NCBI RefSeq assembly: GCF_964355755.1
Contig: NC_092670.1
Location: 22,492,795 to 22,556,794, forward strand
Length of the DNA: 64,000 nt
DNA from: Antedon mediterranea
Lineage: Eukaryota > Animalia > Echinodermata
Direction of reading: 5' to 3'
Position numbers and translations under genes: made by a program. Below, in pieces: positions 24,501-36,100 of this stretch. How positions within the stretch are numbered: position 1 is the stretch's first letter; each line of letters starts with the position of its first letter. The notes under the pieces are model-generated. The model ran no database searches. It saw only the letters and a list, made by a program, of their open reading frames with translations, and was not told the DNA's origin.

Positions 24501-25883
24501 GAGCTTTTGATTTGCGACGACCAATGATCAAACTATGGCATGTTAATTCAGAGATATTGGGATGTGTGTCCTTGCTCCCCATCTCAGCACAAGTCTGGTC
24601 CAGGTAACAACACATCAATTGACCTGACCTAGGTTGGTCGTTGGTCGTCACAAATCAAAATCTCTTGAGTATGTACCTCCTTTAGGTTCTGCATTTGAGT
24701 GGCCACTCAAAATAACATGGATGCCAAAACTTATTAACATGTCCTTCCATGATTTGAGAATATCTAATGAATCATCCTGGAAAACATATGAAAATAGATA
24801 TATAGTTATGAGACACTGATTGATTTATTTATTTATTTATTCTTTCTTTATTCTGCAGGCACTTTCAGTACTAGTGCACTGATTTCCAAAGTGGTACAGT
24901 AATTGAAAATATAACAAACATAATAAAATAAAGACAAAGAGTAATTGAAATATACATTAAAAATAGCAATCAATTTTAGAAAACAAAAAATTCAGTTTAA
25001 AATGCTGAGTACTAATTGTATTTTGGAATGAAGTTATTAATAGACATAGACATAGATTAATGAAACAAATTGAGTTATTTGTCATTAAAGAAGAACATTT
25101 TACTTTCTTTAGTACTCCTAACCATGCCAAGCATTTCTGTAGGTGGGTTAATATACGCTACAAAAAGATCATTGATTAATAACAAATAGAAAAAGAGCAT
25201 AATATTAATAATAGCTGGAACAAATGACAAGTGTGAGGCCATTGATTCTAGGTTTTATCCTTTATTAGAACGTCATCAAGAATGACAATGATTCCAATGT
25301 TGACAATGTTCTAATAAAAGGACGAAATAATTTATAATAGCCTCACGGTTGTCATTTATTGGAATTATCGGGCTACTAGTTGTGGTGGACTTCAAGATAT
25401 GCATGTCTCATGGCAGACAATGCAAGAAAATAGGAGTATGAAATTACTGGGAAAAAGTGGGATAGTAGGTGATGCAGCTTTACCTTGCTTGAATCGTTAA
25501 ATATTGACAACTCTACTGTCATTCCTTCTCCAAGATCCTGCTGTCTCTTGATTGATCCTAAACATTCATCCAGCCATTCTGCGGCATTGTATACAGGTAA
25601 TATGATGGACTGAAATGTAATCATATTTAATCATTAATTCAATCATACTGTGTATGTACCGGTAATATTGATTATTGCTTATGCATCATCATAATAAATC
25701 TAGGCAATATCAAGCCTGGCCCTAGAGCTACATAAAACATGGAACAACTCACTATCCTGTCTGTGCCTGTGACAGTCTATTATCATAATCTATATAGTAT
25801 ATTCCTTCTATCTTGGCCTAGCCTAGCCCTAGAGCATTTAATTTGGTAATTTTACTTACGACATCAACTGGAGTAATCCCCAT
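21556..25883 (-). CDS. B3GNTL1: Queuosine-tRNA galactosyltransferase (B3GNTL1/QTGAL), GT2 family, ~351 aa, 11 exons
   Basis: Exons (-): 25883-25860, 25609-25484, 24776-24677, 24027-23963, 23436-23371, 23278-23183, 22924-22829, 22635-22511, 22392-22191, 21935-21861, 21636-21556 (1056 nt); motifs [94 protein letters not shown]. Confidence 0.95.
21684..21821. repeat. ~20-bp degenerate tandem repeat
   Basis: About six units of agatagtaccaatcaaa(a)tc(a/g)gtct in the last B3GNTL1 intron. Confidence 0.85.
22995..23123. mobile_element. MITE (Tourist-like family copy)
   Basis: agctgtctacactacc...gatagtgaagacagggcttta with the family core catatatgggcacat. Confidence 0.7.
23490..23800 (-). repeat. Intragenic duplicate of B3GNTL1 exon 10 plus intron 9, placed in intron 4
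   Basis: Near-identical to 21862-22190 and in the same orientation. Confidence 0.9.
23799..23918. repeat. 21-bp minisatellite (~5.5 units)
   Basis: Unit cttccccaca(t/c)ccctggtgtt. Confidence 0.92.
24491..24675. mobile_element. TA-flanked MITE (Tc1/mariner-type) at the B3GNTL1 exon-3 donor
   Basis: ~40-bp imperfect TIRs (tacaggtcaggagcttttgatttgcgacgaccaa / ttggtcgtcacaaatcaaaatctcttgagtatgta) with TA at both ends. Confidence 0.7.
25222..25358. repeat. Foldback/hairpin element
   Basis: aaatgacaa.tgtgaggc ... gcctcac.gttgtcattt and tcctttattagaac ... gttctaataaaagga inverted pairs. Confidence 0.65.
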
Positions 25884-27112
25884 ATTACAATTATTGATGA
25901 TTTAATTGTAGTTCCATACTAAAACAAATTTATTGTAATCAAAATAGTAGTCGGTAGGAAAATTTCCCCAAATATAACAAATTTATACGCTTTGTCGACC
26001 TTGAGGGGAATTCCCTACCACATAATCAAAACAAACATACTGTAATATATAGAGGGCGCCATGCATGTTAGTTTTATCAAAGATAGTTTTACTACACTAT
26101 CTTTGGTTATATTACGACGAGAGGTGAAAATATTCCAGCCATTTACCGGTCACTAACTAACCATGGAGGTATTTATACCTCATGAACTAACTAACTCGTG
26201 CAAAGTTACTTAACAATTCACCATAGAATTGTACAATTAAAAACATTTTTGTAATTGATACCTCATATTTTTAATGACGCTTTTATCATCTAATCAATAT
26301 ACACATTATTATTTTCTATGAATAAAATACAATGACTAAATTAAACATAAATATTATTAACACTCACAAAATTAAAACAAAATTTAACCATTAAAAATAA
26401 CATGTATACTTCTGTGTTAAAAATAGAAAACCGTGTATTGTTTGCCAAAAGTTATGTTTTATAATAAAATACATAAAATTTGTTGCTAAATAATTGTGTT
26501 CGTTCGATCTTTGATGATAAACTGTATATTTTAGTTTAACGCGAGTATAATTAAATAAATTGATGCAATAGTATCAAATAATTCTTTACCGATGAATTTA
26601 AATTTCGAATATTATTACTTAATAAAACTGACAACACTTAACTCAATCGATAAACTGTGTACTACAAAAACGTACGTACAATTTAAGTAATCATATAAAA
26701 CATTTTTATTTCATTTGCTATTAAGAGTTTGTTTAAGATGTAAGTCTGTGACGATTTTGAAAAGGTAAGTTTGTCATCACAACCTACACAAGCGAATATA
26801 GGTGGTGGAGTAATTTATTGTTTTATTATTATTATTGCATTTGAAATAGCTCTCGGTATTGTACTTAGGGCATTCATTGGTGCTATCCAAAATCATATTT
26901 TGAGAGAACGAAATATTTCATTGACAAAAGTTAGTTAATTTTAATTTTTAAAAACTGTTTGGAAGGAAAGAGATTAAGTTGTAAGATTTCACTCATCATA
27001 GTTCCAAGTTTACTTTTTACTGGTATTAATCACCGGCATTTTTATTAAAGTTTATTACAGACTTTATATGACTTTGTCAGAAAGCTAGAGACGGATTATT
27101 CTTCAACTATCT

Positions 27113-30100
27113 ATGGAGATGAACAGGAACATAGTTATTCTTGTGTTCTTGTTTAATTTATTGATAATCATTGCTAATGGTGATGGTAAGTTTGTCATTA
27201 AAAAAAACTATTATTAGTACAGTATTGTAGATTAGTTTGCATTCGAGTTAACAGTAGTAGCTGGAATGTCAATGTAATTTGTTCGTGTGATCTTTGTCAA
27301 TCTGTACTGTTGCACGTTATGGTGTAACCACACTGTAAAAACTATTAAATATCTGGAGGTGTGCTATAACAACTCATTGAGAATGTTGCTAGGCTTACAT
27401 AAGGACTGTGGTGCTAGTAACGTGTTTCCACGGGAGAATTCCCTCTTTTTACAAGCAAGTGCGTCTATGGTTGTAGATTAAGAGTTGTGAATAGTGAAAA
27501 TGATCTTGTTAGATGTAGGCCTAACTACGAACTATCTGTTACGATCGTCATTCTTTAAATGGGAGCAAATCATATTTTAGTATGATTTTCCGTTTTGTAT
27601 TTGTTGTAAATGATTCAATTGGATTTATCCGTTTAAAACACAAATAATTTTGTACATTTATTTAAAATGTTATCACCATAATTTAATCATATAATTGCCA
27701 TTTTAACTTTTTAATTTAGTTTCATATTCGTAATTATTTACTAACACAGTATCTTGATTATTAAAACGTATTGTAAATAACTGATCGTTATTATATTTAC
27801 CAAAATCAATATTTACCACAACTATCTACCATTTATGATATTTCATTTTTATTTAAATAATTGATGCTAAGTTTATCGTATTGGCCATAAGTTATCAATT
27901 TTATCATGTTATAGAATAGGCGTACTATTAATACTCTGTTTTTGTGACTTGATTTGTCACGAACGAATAGGCTAAGATATAGGCATAGGCTTAGTTTATT
28001 TATTTTTTTTATGAAAACAGTCTAATAGATACGGATAATTAACACCAACACATTTAGGAAAATAATTAAAATTGTCAACAATCGAACGTGTGCCCAACTA
28101 TTTAGACTAAAACTGATTGTTAGAACATGGTTGATTATCATCTCGTATACTTATACACACCAGAACCACCAGAACCACCATCACCATGTGAAATGAATCC
28201 ATGTAAAAATAACGGTTTGTGTTCAGACGTGGGAATGGAATATACCTGTGATTGCACGCACACTGGCTATGTGGGTGAAACATGCCAAACGGGTAAGTTA
28301 TTGTTTCTTCTTCTGTTTCTTCTAATTCTAAAAATTCAATTTGATGAAACTAAGATTTAGATTTATCTGAATATCGACAGCCTGCAGAGGCGGACGAAGG
28401 GGGTTTCCCCAGTGCCATGGCAACACTCTTAATTTCATGCTAAATGTTTTTTTCTGTCACTAAATTAATTAGATCCCATTTTATCATAATAACCAATAAA
28501 GTTATAGAATTCCAGTTTTGGAAGAGCATATTCTGTAAATTGACAGACTGTAGCGTAAAATTAACCAGCTTTACAATACTGCGCTCAATTTATCGCCGAC
28601 TGTCAGCGTATTTGTGTGTGGATTTATTTCTGAACGTGCTCTCAGAATGAATTTCTTACTGTTTGAATTGCTTGTGTGCGTCATGAGAAGGTACGAAAGG
28701 CCACTACACACTGTGTTCGTGGAAACCCCCCTAGGCCTAATATGGGTCGTTGATTTGTCCATAATTATTGCATTTTTACGGAGATTCCCCATCATTTAAG
28801 TATTCCGTATAGTATCCTATACGGTATTTATCTTCATCTTATGTCCGTAATATTTGGTCAAATTTTCGTAGTAATTACAGACGTTCCAAACTTTGAAATA
28901 ACAGTGTTTAATTGCTTCTTTTTGCATATTTTCTTTTTCTTAAGCAACACTGTTGGATAAATGAAAATGAAATTTTGGTTTTACTGACTTATTGATCAAA
29001 ATAATACAATTTAACGTTTTGCTCAATAGGATATATTTATAGCAGCAGCTTAATATGTTAACTTTTTAAAATTATTATTTGATAATAATAATGTATTTAT
29101 TGATTATATAATTGCCAGAATTTATTAGCTTACCCGAAGTACTTTCGCGTGTGTATTTTACCGGTGGAAAAAATAAGCGGGATACGATGGTAGGCTGTTT
29201 GGTAACCCGATATAGAGTACCATTTGCGGCCATCTAGGAGTGTCATTTTACAAAATGTGCGCAAAAACTCGTTATATATGGTCCTGGACTCGTGGAAAAC
29301 CCCCTTAAAATAGTTCTGCGACCGCCCCTGGCCTGGGAATGATCACCTACTGCTCAAAACCACAGTGATAGTAGCAAAAATCGTAGATTTATTTTTGCAA
29401 TTCAAACACTGTTACGGGTTTCGCCAAAACTGAATAAATCGTGTAATTTTTTTTTTCAATATTGCTTCAACATTAGTTGTAGACGAGTACAGTATTGAGT
29501 AAATGTTTAATTTGATATAGCATTTATGTTATGTGAATATGATTGGCCTAAAGTTATGAAGGCTTTTGATTGGCCTAAAATTTGATCTTTAAAGGTCACT
29601 CGCTCACGCTCTCTTCTGCTGCGCGCGCATCATGCATGCGATCTCTCTCCCCGGCCCAACAAATAGGTTCATTTTGGAGAAAAATTTGGTCGAAGTGTCG
29701 GTTTCTGTATAAATAAATAGTATCCACGAGGTATTCAATTATATCTGCAGCATTATGGCTAGGCCTAGCTAGGCCTAGTTATGTTATGAATGATGTGTAT
29801 ATCTTTAGCTCTAGCTAGCCTAGGCCTAGGCCTGAGTCTGAGTGAGTGGCTGGGGTCTTTCTTACCTTAATAGCCAAGTGAGGTTAAGAGGTTGAAGGAA
29901 GCAACAAGTTGAAGGAGGAGTAGGACGAGGGGAAGTTTGTTAGTTTTTAAATAGGCGGCATAGGCCTAGGCCTAACTAGGTAGGTAGGTAGGTTTGCTGG
30001 ATCTGGTAGCTACTGTACAACCAGGGAGTTAACCACCATCATATACTATGCTATCTTGTACAGGTTGCGCTTCCATGGGCATAGCTGGTTGAAATTAAGT

Positions 30101-33100
30101 TTTTAAGTGGGCAATCTTAGTGATGCTGTCGATATCTAGTGTGTCCAGTTGGGTTTTGAAATTAGTTAGAGTTGGTGCACATTAGTCGGGTCGGGTAGAG
30201 CGTTTCATATTCTGGTATAGAGAATAAAGGTAGTTGTTTTTGTTCGTCTGGATCCTTTTGTAGATGAAATTCCCTGTGGACTGTCTGGTTAATCTTGTTG
30301 AAGACTATGGTGCTTTCGGGTGATTTTGGAGTAAATGTGATATGTTGCTGTGAATCAAGCTGTTGATTTGTTTAAATATAGTGCATAGGCTGGCTTTGGT
30401 ACATTTTGACTCAAGCGAATCCCAGTTGAGTTGGGTTATCATGTTAGTGACACTTGAAGCTCTATCTGGAATAGTCATTGAAGACAAATCTTGCTGCTTG
30501 TCTTTGAATTTTGTTGAGAGAGTCGATGTTCGTTTGATGGTGAGGATCCCATATTGTCTGGCAGTACTCTAACAATTGGCGAACAAATGCCTTATATGCC
30601 ACCACTTTAGTCTCCCTGTCACAGTTACTGAGATTTCGCTTAAGGAGGCCAAGAGTTCTATTTTCTTATATAGTAATCTGATTAATGTGTCTCTTCCAGC
30701 TGAGGTCAGATAAAAGTTCAACTCCCAGGTAGGGGTAATGGTATATTTCTTCCAGCAGACTGTCGCCCATCCTATATCGGTTGATGATTGGTTTGTTTTT
30801 GTGAGTGATCTGCATTGAGTAGCATTTAAAGTGATTGAAGCCCATCTTCCACAGTCACATAGTCGATTTACGTCATCTTCAAGGATTCTGAAGTCGTCTG
30901 CATTTTTTATATCACGATATAAAATACAATCATCTGCGAAAATGCGGACTCTCGATGACAGTTTATCTGGTAGTATAAATTAGGAAGAGCAAGGGTCCCA
31001 ACACCTGTGGGACGCTGGGCTTGACTGGAGATTGTTCAGATGTTTCGCTGTCCACATCTACTCTTTGATGACGTTTGGTGAAGAAGGAATCAATCCAGGA
31101 GTGTATATGTTGTTCTGAACTCCAACATGATGAAGTTTGGCCAGCAGCCTACTATGGGGGACATATCACTAGATCGACCTGTCTTTGTGGTATTATATTG
31201 AATAAAACAGTAATTATAATATTAAGTACAATTTTAAAGACCCCTTCCCTGCAATTTTGGACGTTTTTTGGAAAATAATACATATATATCACTTTAAAAA
31301 CATTAAACCATGTCATTCCTTGTCTTAAATGTACGTTTTATGGTAAATTATGATAAAAAGTGAGAAACAATGCACTACCTAAGTAGCTCGCGGCGATCGA
31401 CCTCTCGTGGACGGTCTTAGGCCTAGCCTAGCTAGGCTTAGTTTTGTAGGCCTAGCTGGTAAACATCGATAACGTACGAACATCGTACGCTAGCTATATA
31501 CCTATCTTGACGTTGTATAGTTGCTGCATTAATTGTCTTTCTATTTTTGCCAGACTCCGTTGATACAAATTGGGGAAAATCCGGTATTTTCGCTGAAAAG
31601 TTAGGAGTCTTCCATTTGTTTTGGCTTCACGATCGATCGAAAAGTGGGCGAATTACAGGTGAAAAACAAAAATATCAATCCGCGCGCAATGCATTTTGGG
31701 ATTTATAGCGGGCCGCTATAATTATTAGAATCGATTTATTTTTCACATTTTTAACCGTTTAGAGACGAAAAAAGTTATCGCAATAGGACCATATAGTATT
31801 ATTTTTACATTAAATATAGTTTGTGATCTTAAATTAGATCTAAAAAACGTAGGGATTAAGACTCCGTCCCAATCACAATATCGGGGTCTTCTGTAGCAAG
31901 AATGGTTTAAAATTTAAATTTAATTTAAAGTTTATGTTAAGAATTTTCTAGTTGGTAATATAATGTTTGCGTTTTGATTTTGAGTTCATTTTGGAATTAC
32001 ACTGACCTTTCTTGGGCTTTCGGCTAGATGACCAATGACCTCTACTATTCTAGGTGGTGCCCAACTACAAAGGCCTTAGTCTAATTTATTATATTACTTA
32101 AGTATTGTTTTTATTTTGAAGCATCACCATGCCTACCAAACCCTTGTATGAACAATGGAGAATGCGTGTACGACGACTCCACTTTGAATGTGACCTGCGT
32201 TTGTGAAGCAACCAGCTACACTGGCACCAAATGCGAAATTTGTAAGTGTTCAAAGACTATATTGTCCCGTGTGTTGTTGATCTATAAAATCACTTGATGT
32301 TCTATAAGTTAAGCTGAGTTTATTAACACATGTACACAATGACAATTGTCACAAATTACAGTAATACTCTAGTCTTGGTTCCAGACGGAGTTTTGACTTA
32401 ATATTAGTAAAAAGATAAATATTTGTGCACATATAGAGTTTCATATTTATACTACTTGAGCTGTAAACTCCGTCTGGGGAAACACGTACAAGTCACATGG
32501 TTTGACACCGAGAATTCTTGGTGCATACGATTAACCGGTTGACTAGTTTCAGCTGCATGATTAGGCTACTTTCACTATAAAATATATTGATATGCACTTT
32601 TGGAAATTTCAAAGATTCAATAACTAAGATGATGGACATATGCTATGTTACGTTTAGACGGTGTATAGACACACGTATGTACTTTTTGGTACTCAAACTC
32701 GACTGCAACATGTTTCTTCGCAAAGTGAAGTGATGATGTAGACATTATTTTATATGCCTATCTGGTAAACATTTGATGGGATTTTTCCCAAGAACATGAA
32801 AAATCATCTTGATATGATTCTAGCTTCTCTGCAAATCAAACAGAGATAATTTGATTAATTCCCACCCAACCAGACACTGCCCTGTGTGGTAGATGTGCTG
32901 CTGGTATGTACCTATTGACAGGTCATATGTACGAGTACGATGCCTAGGCTTAGACTTGATAATGTAATTAACAAAAAACTCACCACAATATATTTCAACA
33001 GTTGTTATTTCAGTGATACATACTCTTACTGAAACTAAATGACGTCTGTTTGGTCATTCATTCAGTCTGCAAAATGATTTCTATACGTGTTTCACAAGTC

Positions 33101-36100
33101 TATTTTTCCAGACAAAAATCGAAATGACTAACATAAAAAAGACAATACAAGTCTATATACTCTGGTTTAAAAGCAATCTATGTCACTACATTTGTTTTTG
33201 CAGATAATCCATGTTTGGGTAACCCGTGTTCACACAATGGCACATGTATCAATAATAGTGAAGATTATTATTGTTCCTGTCCACATGGATTTATTGGAGA
33301 TTTGTGTCAAATAGGTAAGGGTTTGAGCAGTATGAAGTATTATGTTTGATCATTATTTCTCCATGGTTTGATACTGTTTCTAAAAATAGTGTAATTTCAG
33401 CAGTGTACAAGATAGTGTAATGGTTTGGGGTTTGACATTACAGGATTCTAGTTCATTACAGATCTGTCTTTAAGACCAAGATGTGTTGTGTTTGTGTGAA
33501 GTTGACAAATGACCTTAACCAGGATTATTGTCATTACCAGTGTTCAAAATGATATGGCATTTCTGTCATACAGTTGTTTTTATATTTAAATTCATTTATT
33601 TCCTAGCCATTTCAGTTATGACACTGAATTATAATATAAAATATATATTAATATGAAGCATTATTGTTTTTTTCTTATTTTGTATAGAATCTATTGGTTG
33701 CTATCAAGATAACCTTGTTGGCCGAGCATTATCAATAAATCCTGGATTTGCAGATTTTGATGAAAGTCAGAAATATTGTTCGAAAAATGGGTGGTAAGGC
33801 TATTATATCATTACCATCATCATCAACATTCCTTTTCATTTTTCACAATGCCATCATCAGAACCAAGATGAATTTTTCAAAAATCCATCCTTCTGCAAGC
33901 TGAAGAAAGGGACTTCTAGAAAAGGTGTAATTGGAAAGGAAAACCAGTTACCCACCATTCAGAGCCTATTTTCCAACATTATTAATCCTATATCAATGAT
34001 TGCCTTACATGTTACACATTTCAGAAACATGGTTAGACTACCTGTGTAGTTATATGGCACGTGAAAGGTCTCATTGTCTTTATTTCAAGGTATACTGGAG
34101 TGCGAGATACAACCATCATTCTTTGTGCAGACAGTTTGTCCAACTCATTTGTGGATGATCATCTTTGTGATGCTATATGCACAGGATCTGATGTTGAATG
34201 TAACAGCCATTTCTATTACCAGCTATTTGACAAGAGTGATGTCATCAGTAACCTGGGTATCAAGTTCATCACAGATGGTCTTGATTTGACAGGTGTACTT
34301 GCTGCTAATACTCTGCTTACCATCGATGTCAATTTTACTGACAGAAATGTCTTTAGAGATTATGATGTCATCACTGGTGATGGGTACACTTGGCTCAGGG
34401 CAGAACCTTCTTCAGCAAAACATATATATGTGTGAGTAGTGATCCAAAATGCATTGGTAATTCATTATTAGGTTATTATTATACAGATATTGACTGCTTA
34501 GAGGTTAAATATAAGATTTGACATCCCCGAGGGAATGATATTAAGTTCGAGGGAATATATATTTCCCGAAGCGCCAGCTGAGGGAAATATATATTCCCCG
34601 AGAATTTAATATCATTCCCGAGGGGATGTCAAATCTTATATTTAACCGATATAAAAGGCAATATCTGTTATATTATATAGCCAAGAACAAGTCTGCTGGG
34701 TTGGGTGAAGCTAGGCTAGGCCTCCTATACTTTTGTATTGTATGTAAACAAGCCTGCCTAGACACCTTACCTTGCGAAGAATAATATACAGATAATTACT
34801 AATTAATGATTCCTTGGCAATAAAATATTCACTTAGGCCTAGGTCGTTTAAATTAACAGAAGAATTTCCATCAATAAGCCTATTAAAAATAACAATATTA
34901 ATCAGGTAGGCCGAATAAACAATTCGTCTTCTTCTCGATCTTCGAGGAGCCGAATCACCGGATGTTCAGCGCGTACTAGTTACTAGGTTACTACCGTGAG
35001 TATTGACCAATCACAAACGGTGTTTCATCACATTTAGGGTGGACTTATAACAAATGAGGGCGCTATGTATGCATAGTTTAAATAGTTTAGATGATTAATT
35101 TCTTCAAGCAACTTCCGTGACGCAGCGGTTGAAGCGTTGTCTTGCGATGGAGTGACAATTCCACCCGAGTTCAAGATCGAGTTGATGACTTTTGTTTATT
35201 TATCGGCAACGCGAATGTTGGCACACGAAAATTACACAGTCAATATCATCGTACTCGAGAATCTATATGTTTAATGACAGGGGACACGATAATTACGCGA
35301 AAATTACACAGTCAATATCATCGTTCTCGAGGATATATACGATTTACGATCCTCGCAGCGATAGTCATGTGATGCAGTTTCAACCAATCACGTTAGCGTA
35401 TTTACATAGGCTATGTAATATTATATATTATGTTATATTACATAGCCTATGTAAATACGCGAACGTGATTGGTTGAAACTGCATCACATGACTACCGCTG
35501 CGAGGATCGTAAATCGTATATATCCTCGAGAACGATGATATTGACTGTGTAATTTTCGCGTAATTATCGTGTCCCCTGTTATTAAACATATAGATTCTCG
35601 AGTACGATGATATTGACTGTGTAATTTTCGTGTGCCAACACTCGCGTTGCCGATAAATAAACAAAAGTCATCTACTCGATCTTGAACTCGGGTGGAATTG
35701 TCACTTCATCGCAGAGACAACGCTTCAACCGCTGCGCCACGTAGCTTGCTTAAAGAAATTTATCATCTAAACTATTTAAACTATGCATACATAGCGCCCT
35801 CATTTGTTATTAGTCCACCCTAAATGTGATGAAACACCGTTTGTGATTGGTCAATACTCACGGTAGTAACCTAGTAACTAGTACGTGCTGAACATCCGGT
35901 GATTCGGCTCCTCGAAGAGAAGAAGACGAATTGTTTATTCGGCCTACCTGATTATAATATTATTATTAATAGGCTTATTGATGGAAATTCTTCTGTTAAT
36001 TTAAACGACCTAGGCCTAAGTGAATATTTTATTGCCAAGGAATCATTAATTAGTAATTATCTGTATATTATTCTTCGCAAGGTAAGGTGTCTAGGCAGGC

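Noticed and set aside
35142-35664. Twin ORFs MFIYRQRECWHTK... on opposite strands as a gene pair
   Set aside because: They are mirror products of the palindrome; no recognisable domain or splice signals.
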